Below, piece by piece: positions 10,691 through 20,756 of a stretch of 64,000 nt of DNA. This DNA is from Candidatus Babeliales bacterium (GTDB taxonomy: Bacteria; Babelota; Babeliae; Babelales; JANWKD01). The stretch covers positions 736,001 to 800,000 of the forward strand of contig OY969622.1 in NCBI GenBank assembly GCA_963701665.1, written 5' to 3'. Position numbers and translations under genes: made by a program. The notes beneath the pieces are model-generated. The model searched no databases, was not told the origin of the DNA, and saw only the letters and a program-made list of their open reading frames with translations. Within the stretch, counting starts at the first letter, position 1. Every line of letters begins with the position of its first letter.

Positions 10691-11313
10691 GCATTACCTT
10701 TCTTATCCGATCGCAGCGAAATTATTTCAACATTTTTTAATTTTTCAAGATCAGTGATGGTAGTAACCACCGCCATTAAATCATCTTTATTACTATAAGG
10801 AGTAGTTACTGCTTGATACCAATGTCTCGTTTTTCCTTTAGCGGTTTTACCTACACGCTCACGAACTTCGACAGTAATACCACGATTTTGTAACCGATGG
10901 GCAAATTCTGTAACTGCCTTTTTAGTACCACCAAATAACAATGCACGATGCTGCAAACCTTTATCAACAGCAGTGGCAACAACAGCTGGAGCACAAATAG
11001 CTTTATCTGCTTCCACTGTTTGAATTTTTTGATTATCAACTCCTTGTTCTTGCGGCATAGCTTGAGCGAGCGCTTCGTGATCAGGAGAAGCATTAAGCGC
11101 AAAAGAAACATGATCAGCAAAAGCAGTGCGTTCGGTATCCAGCATAGCTTCTTGTGCTAATGACCGCTTACCCATAAAATAACCGGCTGCAAACACAAAA
11201 AATGAAACAAGCAAGAGAACTGCAAGAATCCTGCTAGCCGAATATCTATCAACAATTAAGGTGGCAGGGTCTCCGCAATGACAATTTTTTTCAAAGTTTT
11301 TCACGGTAATCAA
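10687..11313 (-). CDS. Membrane-anchored protein with possible C-terminal SPOR-like domain
   Basis: Single TM ending FAAGYFMGKR; C-terminal WYQAVTTPY similar to SPOR WYRV.vGP. Confidence 0.5.
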   Translation of the reverse strand: MITVKNFEKNCHCGDPATLIVDRYSASRILAVLLLVSFFVFAAGYFMGKRSLAQEAMLDTERTAFADHVSFALNASPDHEALAQAMPQEQGVDNQKIQTVEADKAICAPAVVATAVDKGLQHRALLFGGTKKAVTEFAHRLQNRGITVEVRERVGKTAKGKTRHWYQAVTTPYSNKDDLMAVVTTITDLEKLKNVEIISLRSDKKGNA

Positions 11314-12259
11314 CCTTTTTTTGCATAAATGGCATCAAAAATGACAGCTGTTTAATATATAAATCAAGGTCCAATAATGTCAAGTCCACCGTTGAAATCT
11401 GCGGCAACGCTATAGGTGCATCATTTTGATGCATAACAATTTTTTTTACCAACCCACGCCAAAATGTTTCCTGCCGCTTTGCATAGTTGCGTGTTTTTTG
11501 TGCAATAATCTCTGAAAGATGGCCAAGATCTTGATTGCAATCCATAAGATACTGCAAACAATCGTCATACCCTATAATCTTTTTTCCCATAAGGAAATCA
11601 ACCCACGCGGTTCCTTGTAATGCACGCGTTTCATTGAGCAAACCCTCGTTCATCATGAGATCCACGCGTTTATTAATGCGCTCGTATAAATCTTTACGAG
11701 TGCGTGTGCATTGTATAAGCAAATAAGGCGCTAGGGGATTATAGACCGGTTGTTGAGTCGAGGGCAGTTTTCCCGTTTCTTGCCATAAAGAAAGCGCGCG
11801 TTCAATACGATACGTATCATTTTTATGAATCTGAGACGCGCGCACCGGATCAACGCGTGAAAGCAATTCCCACGCATCGCCAGAATAACGCTCGTTTTCT
11901 TGATTCTGCTCCACGTGCCCATGCTCGCGCGGCGGAAATAATAATGATTGGATATAAAAGAAAGAGCCGCCAACAAAAAATGGAATCGCGTTTCGCGCCC
12001 AACATTCTTTAATCAACGAGTGTGCCAAGGTTCTATACTGAATCACCGTCATTGATCGAGGTTCATCAAGAATATCAAACAAATGATGTGGCACGTGTTC
12101 ACGACGCCAATCAGGCTTTGCTGTTCCAATATTCAACGGCGCATAAAATTGTCCAACATCTGCATTAATGATCTCAATAGGCAGATGATCAGCTAATTTT
12201 AATACGAAATCTGTTTTACCAACGCCAGTTGGCCCAGTAATAATCCCAATAAAATTCAT
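11291..12259 (-). CDS. miaA: tRNA dimethylallyltransferase
   Basis: GPTGVGKT, NIGTAKP, PHHLFD, RIERAL, TRNYAKRQETF. Confidence 0.95.
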   Translation of the reverse strand: MNFIGIITGPTGVGKTDFVLKLADHLPIEIINADVGQFYAPLNIGTAKPDWRREHVPHHLFDILDEPRSMTVIQYRTLAHSLIKECWARNAIPFFVGGSFFYIQSLLFPPREHGHVEQNQENERYSGDAWELLSRVDPVRASQIHKNDTYRIERALSLWQETGKLPSTQQPVYNPLAPYLLIQCTRTRKDLYERINKRVDLMMNEGLLNETRALQGTAWVDFLMGKKIIGYDDCLQYLMDCNQDLGHLSEIIAQKTRNYAKRQETFWRGLVKKIVMHQNDAPIALPQISTVDLTLLDLDLYIKQLSFLMPFMQKKVDYREKL

Positions 12260-12271
12260 ACATTAAAAAAT

Positions 12272-12297
12272 GTGCTGGAAAACAGAGTTTCCAGCAC
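12272..12297. terminator. Inverted repeat/terminator-like hairpin between carD and miaA
   Basis: GTGCTGGAAA-acagag-TTTCCAGCAC with flanking A/T tracts. Confidence 0.6.
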
Positions 12298-12328
12298 CGA
12301 CCTTTTTGTTTTTTTTATAAAAAGAATG

Positions 12329-12865
12329 TCACAATGAGTTTTGTCTATTTGAATGAGAACTTTTTTCAACATAGCCAAATACTGAGCGCAAATGCTCAAT
12401 TGCTTTTTGCGGCTCAAGCTTTTTTACAATCGAAATCTCTTCTGCAATTAATGCTTCTGTCTGATGTAAGAGATTCTTCTCTCCAAACGAAAGCTCTTTT
12501 TGTTGCGCTATATGCTTCAAATCACGATATATTTCAGATATTTTTTGCAAATCTCCTGTTCTTAATTTAAGCTGGTACTCTTTATTTTTTTTATTCCAGT
12601 TCGTAGCACTCAGCTCATAAGAATTAATTTTTTTTGCAGGCTCAGCCAACATTTTAACGATATCATTTATCTCATCTTGGGAACTTAACGGTCTGATGCC
12701 AATACTCTCTGTATTTTGTGTCGGAATAAGAATGGTCATTTCTTTGTTAAGAAAGGTAAGTTCATAAAATAACGTGCGATTACCGCCGATGTTTTTTTCA
12801 ACAATTTGGTTTATTTTTGCAACACCATGGCCAGGATAAACAACCTTATCATTTAAGCGAAACAT
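12329..12865 (-). CDS. carD: CarD/CdnL-family transcriptional regulator
   Basis: F..NDKVVYPGHGVA, IGIRPL, NWNKK, LSFGEK. Confidence 0.9.
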   Translation of the reverse strand: MFRLNDKVVYPGHGVAKINQIVEKNIGGNRTLFYELTFLNKEMTILIPTQNTESIGIRPLSSQDEINDIVKMLAEPAKKINSYELSATNWNKKNKEYQLKLRTGDLQKISEIYRDLKHIAQQKELSFGEKNLLHQTEALIAEEISIVKKLEPQKAIEHLRSVFGYVEKSSHSNRQNSL

Positions 12866-13251
12866 AGGGAATCCCTCTTTTTTTAAGAAAACTCCCGACT
12901 ACGCTTATATACGCAGCTTTTACCTGTACCGTAACATCATAGCACAAATCTATTTTTTTAGAAACATAATAAAGGAGAATACTCAAGAATTTTGTCAAAA
13001 AATTCTTGCGCAAAAAAAGGGGCGCGCTCTTTCCCTTTTTAAGGAAAAAAGAAGCTATAAAGTATACGTCAACTTTCTAAGAAAGAATTTGCTCTGATGT
13101 TTTTATCACCACTACAAAAAAACAAATAAAAATCTACAGAACTATCATCTTTTCATCTTTATTTTCGTTCTTGCGTATAAGCGCTATTTTTAAACAACTG
13201 GCGTTAATTGGTTCAATTACTAGATTACTCCATTTTTTAGGATAGCACCCT

Positions 13252-13287
13252 ATATAATCACCCTTCTTAATATAATCACCCTTCTTA
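13252..13287. repeat. Perfect 18-bp tandem direct repeat ATATAATCACCCTTCTTA x2
   Basis: 13252-13269 is identical to 13270-13287. Confidence 0.9.
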
Positions 13288-13412
13288 TTTATCTATGTTA
13301 TTAATTACTATTAATTTGCTAAATGGAAGTTAGGCATGTCCGCGCATAGGTATCTAGTAAGTATCTAATAAGTACTCCTCTATAAGTATATAAACATATG
13401 GCATAGAGACAT

Positions 13413-13580
13413 GAGATATGATAGTCGGATACCCCCGGATAACCAACGTAGGTATAAACGGAGTCAAGAGCCCGGCAGCCCGTTAATTCTTCAACGGAAA
13501 GCTGCCGGGCTCGAAGACGGAGTGCCCGGTCCGCGCCCGGGGATTGGCGATAGCTCAATAGCATTTGGCTGATTCATCTC
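13413..13580 (+). ncRNA. Candidate structured non-coding RNA (rod-like, possibly 6S-type)
   Basis: GC-rich island in AT-rich intergenic DNA; perfect 12-bp stem GAGCCCGGCAGC/GCTGCCGGGCTC plus nested outer helices. Confidence 0.4.
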
Positions 13581-13604
13581 GATAAAAGCTCAACAAACAG
13601 AGCG

Positions 13605-13665
13605 ATGTCATCCCGAGGCGTTAGCCGTGGGGATCCAAACTTTAATTAATCCTTATAGAACAAAA
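13605..13665 (+). repeat. Truncated copy of an RPE-like palindromic element
   Basis: ATGTCATCCCGAGGCGTTAGCCGTGGGGATCCAAACTTTAATTAATCC matches 43354-43460 (reverse) and 46615-46720. Confidence 0.85.
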
Positions 13666-13777
13666 CATGACATAAGGGGAGAATTATGCGACGTAATAGG
13701 CTTGCCCTGCAGTCATCTGGCGCCCCCTCCCCTAAGAAAGTTGAGTCACTTACACTAATATATTCTTACAAAAAAAA

Positions 13778-13808
13778 TTGACATTTCCTCATAAAGAGAT
13801 TATATAAT
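13778..13808 (+). promoter_or_regulatory. sigma70-type promoter of dnaK
   Basis: TTGACA at 13778-13783 followed by TATATAAT at 13801-13808. Confidence 0.55.
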
Positions 13809-13864
13809 CTTAAGTGAAAATGCTTTTGAAATCGAACGAATATCAACTTATAAAAGGATATAAA

Positions 13865-15745
13865 ATGGGAAAAATTATAGGAATAGATTTAGGAACAACC
13901 AACTCTGTCGTAGCATTCATGGAAGGCGGAAAGCCTAAAGTAATACCAAGCAGTGAAGGTTCAAATATTATACCATCTGTCGTAGCTTTTACAAAAGACG
14001 GCAAAAGGCTCGTAGGAACCTTGGCAAAACGACAAGCGATAACCAACCCAGAGAATACTATTTACTCAGCAAAGAGATTTATTGGCCGCAAATACGATGA
14101 AATGCGTGATGAGTTCAAGAATATCCCCTACAAAGTAATCAAAAGATCAAATGGCGACATTGGCATCATGGCACAAGGCAAAGAATATACGCCAGAAGAA
14201 ATAGCAGCGTCAGTGCTAAGTCTTATCAAGCAAACGGCTGAAGAATATCTTGGGCAAAAAGTAACAGAAGCGGTAATCACTGTACCTGCTTATTTTAATG
14301 ACTCACAAAGACAAGCAACAAAAGATGCAGGTAGAATTGCTGGCTTGGATGTTAAAAGAATCATCAACGAGCCAACAGCTGCTGCACTCGCCTATGGTGA
14401 AGATAAGAAAAAGAATGGAACGGTGGCCGTATTTGACTTTGGTGGTGGCACCTTTGATATTTCAGTTTTAGAAATTAATGACGGTGTTATTGAAGTTAAA
14501 TCAACCAATGGCGACACACACTTAGGTGGTGATGACATTGATCAACGCCTGATTAACTATCTGGTTGAAGAATTTAAAAAAGAGCAAGGCATCGATTTAA
14601 GAAATGATAAGCTTGCTTTGCAACGACTCAAAGAAGCTGCAGAAAAAGCAAAGATCGAGCTTTCTACCGTAGCAGAAACAGAAATCAATCTTCCTTACAT
14701 TACTGCTGATGCATCAGGCCCAAAACATCTTAATATAAAAATCACACGAGCAAAATTAGAATCACTGTGCTCAGACTTGTTCACACGTTTACTTGAGCCA
14801 TGCAAAAAAGCAATCGCTGATGCAAAAATATCACGCGATGCAATCGACGAAGTAATTTTGGTTGGTGGTTCAACACGTATGCCAAAAGTACAACAATTAG
14901 TAAAAGAATTTTTTGGCAAAGAGCCGAACAAATCAGTTAACCCAGATGAAGTTGTTGCATTAGGTGCGGCAATACAAGGTGGCGTACTCGCAGGCGAAGT
15001 CACCGATGTGCTGCTACTAGACGTTACTCCCCTCTCATTGGGTATTGAAACACTCGGCGGCGTTTCAACAAAATTAATTGAACGCAATACAACGATCCCA
15101 ACAAAAAAATCACAAGTCTTCTCTACCGCTGAAGATAATCAAACAGCAGTGGACATTCGAGTGGTACAAGGCGAACGCGAATTAGCAAAAGATAATAAAT
15201 TCCTTGGTCAATTCAGACTCGATGGAATTCCAACAGCCCCACGCGGCGTACCGCAAATTGAAGTAACTTTTGACATCGATGCAAATGGTATTGTGCATGT
15301 TTCTGCAAAAGACAAAGCAACAAACAAGGAACAAAAAATCACTATCACAAGCAGCAGTGGATTAAGCAAAGAAGAAATCGAAAAGATGGTGCAAGATGCT
15401 AAATCCCATGAAGCGCAAGACAAAAAGACACGCGAAGCAATCGATAAGAAAAACCGTCTTGATGGATTAGTGCTGGATATCGAGAAAACACTCAAAGAAA
15501 ATAAAGAAAAATTGAGTGAAGATGATATCACAAAAACAGAAGATGCTCTTGCAAAAGCTCGTACAGCATTAACAGAACACGCGCAAGATCCTGAAGCATT
15601 GCAAAAAGCAACTGATGATCTTATTCAAGCATCGCACAAAGTAGCCGAACTGCTTTATAAACAAACACAAGAAGCAGGTAAACATCCTGAAGAAAAAGAG
15701 ATTGAGCCTGAAAACCAAGGTCCAATCGATACTGACATCAGCTAA
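13865..15745 (+). CDS. dnaK: Molecular chaperone DnaK (start [10 protein letters not shown] at 13865)
   Basis: [41 protein letters not shown]. Confidence 0.99.
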   Translation: MGKIIGIDLGTTNSVVAFMEGGKPKVIPSSEGSNIIPSVVAFTKDGKRLVGTLAKRQAITNPENTIYSAKRFIGRKYDEMRDEFKNIPYKVIKRSNGDIGIMAQGKEYTPEEIAASVLSLIKQTAEEYLGQKVTEAVITVPAYFNDSQRQATKDAGRIAGLDVKRIINEPTAAALAYGEDKKKNGTVAVFDFGGGTFDISVLEINDGVIEVKSTNGDTHLGGDDIDQRLINYLVEEFKKEQGIDLRNDKLALQRLKEAAEKAKIELSTVAETEINLPYITADASGPKHLNIKITRAKLESLCSDLFTRLLEPCKKAIADAKISRDAIDEVILVGGSTRMPKVQQLVKEFFGKEPNKSVNPDEVVALGAAIQGGVLAGEVTDVLLLDVTPLSLGIETLGGVSTKLIERNTTIPTKKSQVFSTAEDNQTAVDIRVVQGERELAKDNKFLGQFRLDGIPTAPRGVPQIEVTFDIDANGIVHVSAKDKATNKEQKITITSSSGLSKEEIEKMVQDAKSHEAQDKKTREAIDKKNRLDGLVLDIEKTLKENKEKLSEDDITKTEDALAKARTALTEHAQDPEALQKATDDLIQASHKVAELLYKQTQEAGKHPEEKEIEPENQGPIDTDIS

Positions 15746-15874
15746 TTAATAATATGGTAGGGAGAAGAGCAGCAACATTAACCGCTCTCTCCTGCCACAC
15801 CAGCTTTCGCTAAAATTACAGCTCGCGACCAGTTCTTTAAATGAATTTGAACTTTTAAGGTATGGGATAAAATA

Positions 15875-16414
15875 TTGGATAGATTTACATTAATACAAAT
15901 GTTACAGAACTATTTTCCAGTTTCAGAAGAAGAAATCAAATTCAAGAAGGAAATGATTAATTTTATCAAGAAAAATCCTGACTGCTTTGAGAGATCCTTA
16001 GAAATTGGGCATATCACCGCATCATCATGGTTGCTCAACAAAGATCACTCAAGAGCCCTTCTCATGCATCATACAAAATTAGATAAATGGTTCCAGCTTG
16101 GAGGACATTGCGATGGAAATCCTGATGTTTTAGCTGTAGCAATTAAAGAAGCTCAAGAAGAATCTGGTATCAAAGGAATAGCCCCTGTGTATAAAGAAAT
16201 TTTTGATATTGATATTCACCTCATACCCGGAAATACGCGGGAAAAAGAACATTATCATTATGATGTTAGATTTTTATTACAAGTTACCAGTGATGAACAA
16301 ATAGTACAAAATCGTGAATCAAAGGAATTGCGGTGGATAGAGAAAAAATTGACCTCATTACCAACACAGGATCCATCAGTAATTCGCATGTTCAATAAAT
16401 GGATAAATAATTAA
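15875..16414 (+). CDS. NUDIX hydrolase
   Basis: Nudix box GGHCDG..AIKEAQEESGI; GHITAS; HYDVRF; TTG start. Confidence 0.9.
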   Translation: MDRFTLIQMLQNYFPVSEEEIKFKKEMINFIKKNPDCFERSLEIGHITASSWLLNKDHSRALLMHHTKLDKWFQLGGHCDGNPDVLAVAIKEAQEESGIKGIAPVYKEIFDIDIHLIPGNTREKEHYHYDVRFLLQVTSDEQIVQNRESKELRWIEKKLTSLPTQDPSVIRMFNKWINN

Positions 16415-16697
16415 CACTTAATATATTTTTAAAATTCTTATGGGGGAATCAATATTATGAATACTAAACAACTTATCTTTTTTTGCTCGTTCATTACTAA
16501 CCCACTATGTGACGCTCACATACAACCGAGTATTTCGAGATTCATAGCCGGTAATGCTTTGATCAGCAAGCTTTAAATTCAATTCCTAAACTATCTTTAA
16601 GGCAATTCAATTTTGCGATAGAGAAGTTTTGATACTATGCTATCCTCACAGGATATACAAACTTATTATACAAAACTCGCTGTAATGAGGTACGCAC

Positions 16698-18305
16698 ATG
16701 ACATCACTTCTCATAACACTCTTTCTCACCTTTATTTTTTCTTGTCTTTCAACGGCAATCTTAAGTTACATCTCAATGGCAGTCATGCTTGGGCCTTGGA
16801 TTGATTCGACCATTGTCCTTGCTTCAAGTATGATTCTTGCGCTTTTTGCACAAAAAATATCGCTTTCTAGCCGACAAAATTCAATCGCATTGATAACTAT
16901 TGGCGGCTCAGTTGGCGGTATTGTGGCCACCGCATGCGGATTTGCATTTCCAACACTCTATTTTTTAGACAAAGAACTTTTTAATTCTTGGCTTTCACAA
17001 CCACTCTATTTTGTTGTGATAATGGGCATTTTGGTTGCATGTGCCGGCGCATTTGGTTTATTACTTGCTAATCTTTTTGAACATCATTTTATAGCCATCG
17101 AACAACTCCCCTTTCCTATCGGTGAACTCTCCTACAAAATGATTTCTGCGCAAGAAAGTAGCAAAAAATCACGCGAACTTTCTTTTGGATTTATAGTGAG
17201 CGCGTTATATAGTATCGCAGTCAAATATATTCCAGGCATTCCAAGAATGATTACTGCATTGCCTGCGTTTCATTATCGCTGGTTCAATCTACCGACACTA
17301 AAAATTTCCCTTCTTGAACTTCCTATGCTCTGGGCAATTGGATTCATCGCAGGGCACACCATCGCAATTCCCCTTGGTATTGGCATTTTGGCAAAGAACC
17401 TCATTTGTGGACCGGCACATCTTGCCTGTTTTACACATCTTCCTTTTGGCGATTTTTTAGTCGCTTTTGCAGGTGGCATGGTGGCATATGGGGCTCTTAT
17501 AAGTTTTTTAACGCTGCCTTCTGCATTTAAAGGTTCCAAAAGAAAACAAAAAACCAATACTGTAACATTAAAACAAATCGCATCGCTCGTATCAATCAAA
17601 GATAGGGTTCAATGGCTCATTTTTCTCATCTGTACAGGAATATTTTTACATTATTTCAACTTTAGCATTATCTCTCAGCTTTATTTGCTTATCACCATAA
17701 TCGCTTGTACCTATCAATTAATTATTATTGGGGGAAAAATGGGAATTGCACCATTTCCGCGGTATGCAACATTTGTTATGATTCCTGGCATAATGCTTTT
17801 TGGCTATGACGCCATACAAATTACATTAGTCTCTACGTTTGTTGAAATTTGCGGAGGCGTTGCTGTTGAAATATTATTTGGTCGTAAAGTTGCCCAGTTA
17901 AGTGAGCTGCCATCACACAAGGTACGATTATTTCAATGGTTAGGATTGGCAATAAGCGCTTTAGCAATTGGCATTTGTTTTTGGATTTTAATTACGAATC
18001 TTGGTCTTGGATCAGCACAGCTCATTGCACAACGCAGTCAAAATCGCGCATTATTAGTTATGGTACAATCATTTGATTTTTTCGCACTTATCTTAGGAGC
18101 ATTATTTGCTTCCATTCTTAAAGAATTGAAAATTAATGCAATCATGGTACTTGGTGGCATTTTAATGCCTACAGAGTTAGCATTACCATTAGTATTTGGC
18201 GGTCTATCAAGCTTGGCGGTTAAGAACAACGAATCCCAGTATCCATTTTGGTCAGGTATTTTTGCCGCCAATTCACTCTGGATGTTCATTAAAATATTGT
18301 TGTAA
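16698..18305 (+). CDS. OPT/YSL-family oligopeptide transporter
   Basis: Many TM helices, QLPFPIG motif typical of the OPT family. Confidence 0.7.
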   Translation: MTSLLITLFLTFIFSCLSTAILSYISMAVMLGPWIDSTIVLASSMILALFAQKISLSSRQNSIALITIGGSVGGIVATACGFAFPTLYFLDKELFNSWLSQPLYFVVIMGILVACAGAFGLLLANLFEHHFIAIEQLPFPIGELSYKMISAQESSKKSRELSFGFIVSALYSIAVKYIPGIPRMITALPAFHYRWFNLPTLKISLLELPMLWAIGFIAGHTIAIPLGIGILAKNLICGPAHLACFTHLPFGDFLVAFAGGMVAYGALISFLTLPSAFKGSKRKQKTNTVTLKQIASLVSIKDRVQWLIFLICTGIFLHYFNFSIISQLYLLITIIACTYQLIIIGGKMGIAPFPRYATFVMIPGIMLFGYDAIQITLVSTFVEICGGVAVEILFGRKVAQLSELPSHKVRLFQWLGLAISALAIGICFWILITNLGLGSAQLIAQRSQNRALLVMVQSFDFFALILGALFASILKELKINAIMVLGGILMPTELALPLVFGGLSSLAVKNNESQYPFWSGIFAANSLWMFIKILL

Positions 18306-18407
18306 TTCTATGATAAGATATATTTTTATTATTCTATTGTTCTCCTTATTGACTAAAAAAATATTATGATTATTACTGTCATTAAAAATTCAAACTTAAG
18401 GAGAAAC

Positions 18408-18920
18408 ATGTACAAAAATACATCACTAATTTTATTATTTTGCCTAACAACATTAAAACTAGGTTGCGCAAATACAGAATTAATTATTAGTAATGCAATG
18501 TCATTCAATATGAACTCTATTGTCGACCGTTACAAAAAAGAATTCCAAGTTACTGATGAAGTTGCAAAAGAACATGAAAGAGAACTTAAACGCTATTTAG
18601 CTTTATGCGCAATATATCCTGAACAAAACTTTCATATGTTTAGCAACAGCGTAGACAATTTATGGCATACTTTTTTAATTTTTACAAAAGATTATAAGAA
18701 TTTCTGTAAAAATGTTGCAGGAAAATTTTTACATCATGTTCCAATCGAAAATAAATCAGAAGAAGATGTTTCTGCTAAAAATAAATTCATAGATAAATAT
18801 TCTTCTACTTTTAATGAAAAACCTTCTACTACTATCTGGTCGACATTAGAAAGTTCCAACGGAGCTGACTGCAATCCGGATTATTGCTCAAATTGTCAAT
18901 CGGGTTGTTTAGTTAGATAA
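18408..18920 (+). CDS. Glycine-rich-domain (GRDP/DUF1399)-like protein with signal peptide and Cys-rich tail
   Basis: ELKRYLAL..VDNLWHTFLIFTKDY..FC..GKFLHHVP; RBS AAGGAG before ATG 18408. Confidence 0.65.
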   Translation: MYKNTSLILLFCLTTLKLGCANTELIISNAMSFNMNSIVDRYKKEFQVTDEVAKEHERELKRYLALCAIYPEQNFHMFSNSVDNLWHTFLIFTKDYKNFCKNVAGKFLHHVPIENKSEEDVSAKNKFIDKYSSTFNEKPSTTIWSTLESSNGADCNPDYCSNCQSGCLVR

Positions 18921-18940
18921 TACAAAATCTAAAAATGATA

Positions 18941-18978
18941 AGAAAAAGAGCTGGAAAAATTTCCAGCTCTTTTTCTTA
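18941..18978. terminator. Bidirectional intrinsic terminator
   Basis: AAGAAAAAGAGCTGGAA-aaat-TTCCAGCTCTTTTTCTT between convergent genes. Confidence 0.85.
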
Positions 18979-18993
18979 TATATACAATTCTTA

Positions 18994-19548
18994 TTAATTT
19001 TTTTCATATTGACGCGCAACACGGCGAACATTATCAGGAATAATGAGTGAATCAAGAACATGAATAACACCATTGCTCGCAGGAATATCAACCGCAACAA
19101 CTTTTGACTTTGTAACACTCGGTGTTACAAAAAGTGATCCTGAACCATCTATTTGTAGATAGATTGGTGTGTTCAGGGTTTGAATAGCGTTGAGCTCACG
19201 TAAATTAAATGAAGGAATATTTCCTTGAATAAGGTGCATACTCACCAAAAGTTTTACGCGAATTCTATCTTGAGCAATAGAGTCTAAAAAATTAGGTGAA
19301 ACCTTTCTGAACGCATACCATGCCGGCACTAAAACAGTAACTTGACCCATCTCTTGCAACGTCTTGACCATATCAGCTTTTTGAACAAGCTGAAAAAATT
19401 CAGGAAAATCTTTTTCAAGAATAGTTACGATGTTTGGATTACTTTTGCCTAAACGCTCGGCAGGCATAACAAAATCATCAGGAAAAGCGTTGAGCAACGA
19501 GAAACAAAGACATTGTACCAGCAACAATTTTTCAACTGATATTTTCAT
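18994..19548 (-). CDS. Fasciclin (FAS1) domain secreted protein
   Basis: VTVLVP..AF (H1) and DIPASNGVIHVLDSLI (H2); signal peptide; RBS GGGAG before ATG 19548. Confidence 0.85.
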   Translation of the reverse strand: MKISVEKLLLVQCLCFSLLNAFPDDFVMPAERLGKSNPNIVTILEKDFPEFFQLVQKADMVKTLQEMGQVTVLVPAWYAFRKVSPNFLDSIAQDRIRVKLLVSMHLIQGNIPSFNLRELNAIQTLNTPIYLQIDGSGSLFVTPSVTKSKVVAVDIPASNGVIHVLDSLIIPDNVRRVARQYEKN

Positions 19549-19628
19549 GACTCCCCTATTTGAAATAGCAATGTTCATTATTATTGATGATACATAACAT
19601 CAACTCAAATAGGCAATATTTTGATATT

Positions 19629-20537
19629 TTAGGCCTTTTCTGCCGTTATCATATATCCTTGTTTTAATTCTTCATGGTAAAAAATATATAATCCAATACA
19701 GACAACAATGAGTGACATAAAAAAGCTTATACTCACGCGCTCGCCTAAAAATAACCATCCAAATAATGCCGCAAAAAATGGTGTCGTAAATCCCGCAAAT
19801 GCAAGGAATGTCGCGGTATAACGCTTGAGTAAATAGCCATAAAAATTATAAAAAACAATATTAGCAAGAAGAATAATAAGCGCTGTTAGCCGAACAAACG
19901 GCCAAAAATCAGTCACCGGAGAAACCGTCCACCCTTCAATGCAGTAGGAAGTAAGAAGTGCTAATATACCGCCACCAACCATACCAATACCATTCACCAT
20001 GATTGGCGAATATTCCCCATCTTTTACTAATTTACGCATAGTCACCCAACCATATACCGCTGATCCCACAGCAAAAAGCATAATAAATTCTGGTAACATA
20101 GTCGCTGAAGAAAAAGAAGTCATATCTATATTGGCAATAATCTCAGGCGCAAAACCACAAAAGCCAATACCAAGCCCCAACCATTTTTTTAGCGTCATTT
20201 TTTCAGAAAAACAGAAATATGAAAATAAAGCTGCTAAAAATGGAGAGAAATTGTAAAGAAAGGATGATTTAAAAGAAGTTAGATATTGTAATGACCATAA
20301 ATCTAAGATATACGCGAAATAGACGTGAAAAAGAATAATCTGGAAAAACAATAAACGATCTTTCTTATGTATAAAAAACGTACGTTTATCTTGAAAATAC
20401 GAGTAACCGAGCAAAAGCATGCCCGCAACAAGCATGCGTACGCCAACCAAAAAAAGCGGTTTCACATATGCCAACAAGGCTTTACAAATGGTGAAAGTAC
20501 TAGCACACACAGCATACAATGCAATAATAGAAAACAT
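19629..20537 (-). CDS. EamA/DMT family transporter, candidate SAM/SAH carrier
   Basis: About 10 TM helices; FLYNFSPFLAALFSY, FGWLFLGE, C-terminal YHEELKQGY; downstream of the SAM hydrolase. Confidence 0.85.
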   Translation of the reverse strand: MFSIIALYAVCASTFTICKALLAYVKPLFLVGVRMLVAGMLLLGYSYFQDKRTFFIHKKDRLLFFQIILFHVYFAYILDLWSLQYLTSFKSSFLYNFSPFLAALFSYFCFSEKMTLKKWLGLGIGFCGFAPEIIANIDMTSFSSATMLPEFIMLFAVGSAVYGWVTMRKLVKDGEYSPIMVNGIGMVGGGILALLTSYCIEGWTVSPVTDFWPFVRLTALIILLANIVFYNFYGYLLKRYTATFLAFAGFTTPFFAALFGWLFLGERVSISFFMSLIVVCIGLYIFYHEELKQGYMITAEKA

Positions 20538-20756
20538 AGAAGACCCTTTTTCTTAAAAGTCATTTGAACTTGAGGCAAGATAAAGTTATCGTGCCCCATA
20601 AATAATTTAATCAATCGCCCTTAGATTGCAAATGCATAGGCTCAAACATCAGCACTAATCCGCGCTGATCAGCCCTCCAACTTTTTTATCAATTTCTTCA
20701 AGATCATAAAACTGTAAAAATTTTTTAATATCCATAATATCCTTTAAAAAAGCCTA

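Noticed and set aside
13319..13564. 81-aa minus-strand ORF
   Set aside because: No recognisable motif or clear RBS; overlaps the GC-rich structured element.
12866..13864. Replication origin or CIRCE in the large carD-dnaK spacer
   Set aside because: No TTATCCACA cluster and no TTAGCACTC-N9-GAGTGCTAA seen.
16457..16576. 39-codon ORF after the NUDIX gene (MNTKQLIFFC...)
   Set aside because: Has a GGGGGA upstream but no recognisable features; probably a remnant or chance ORF.
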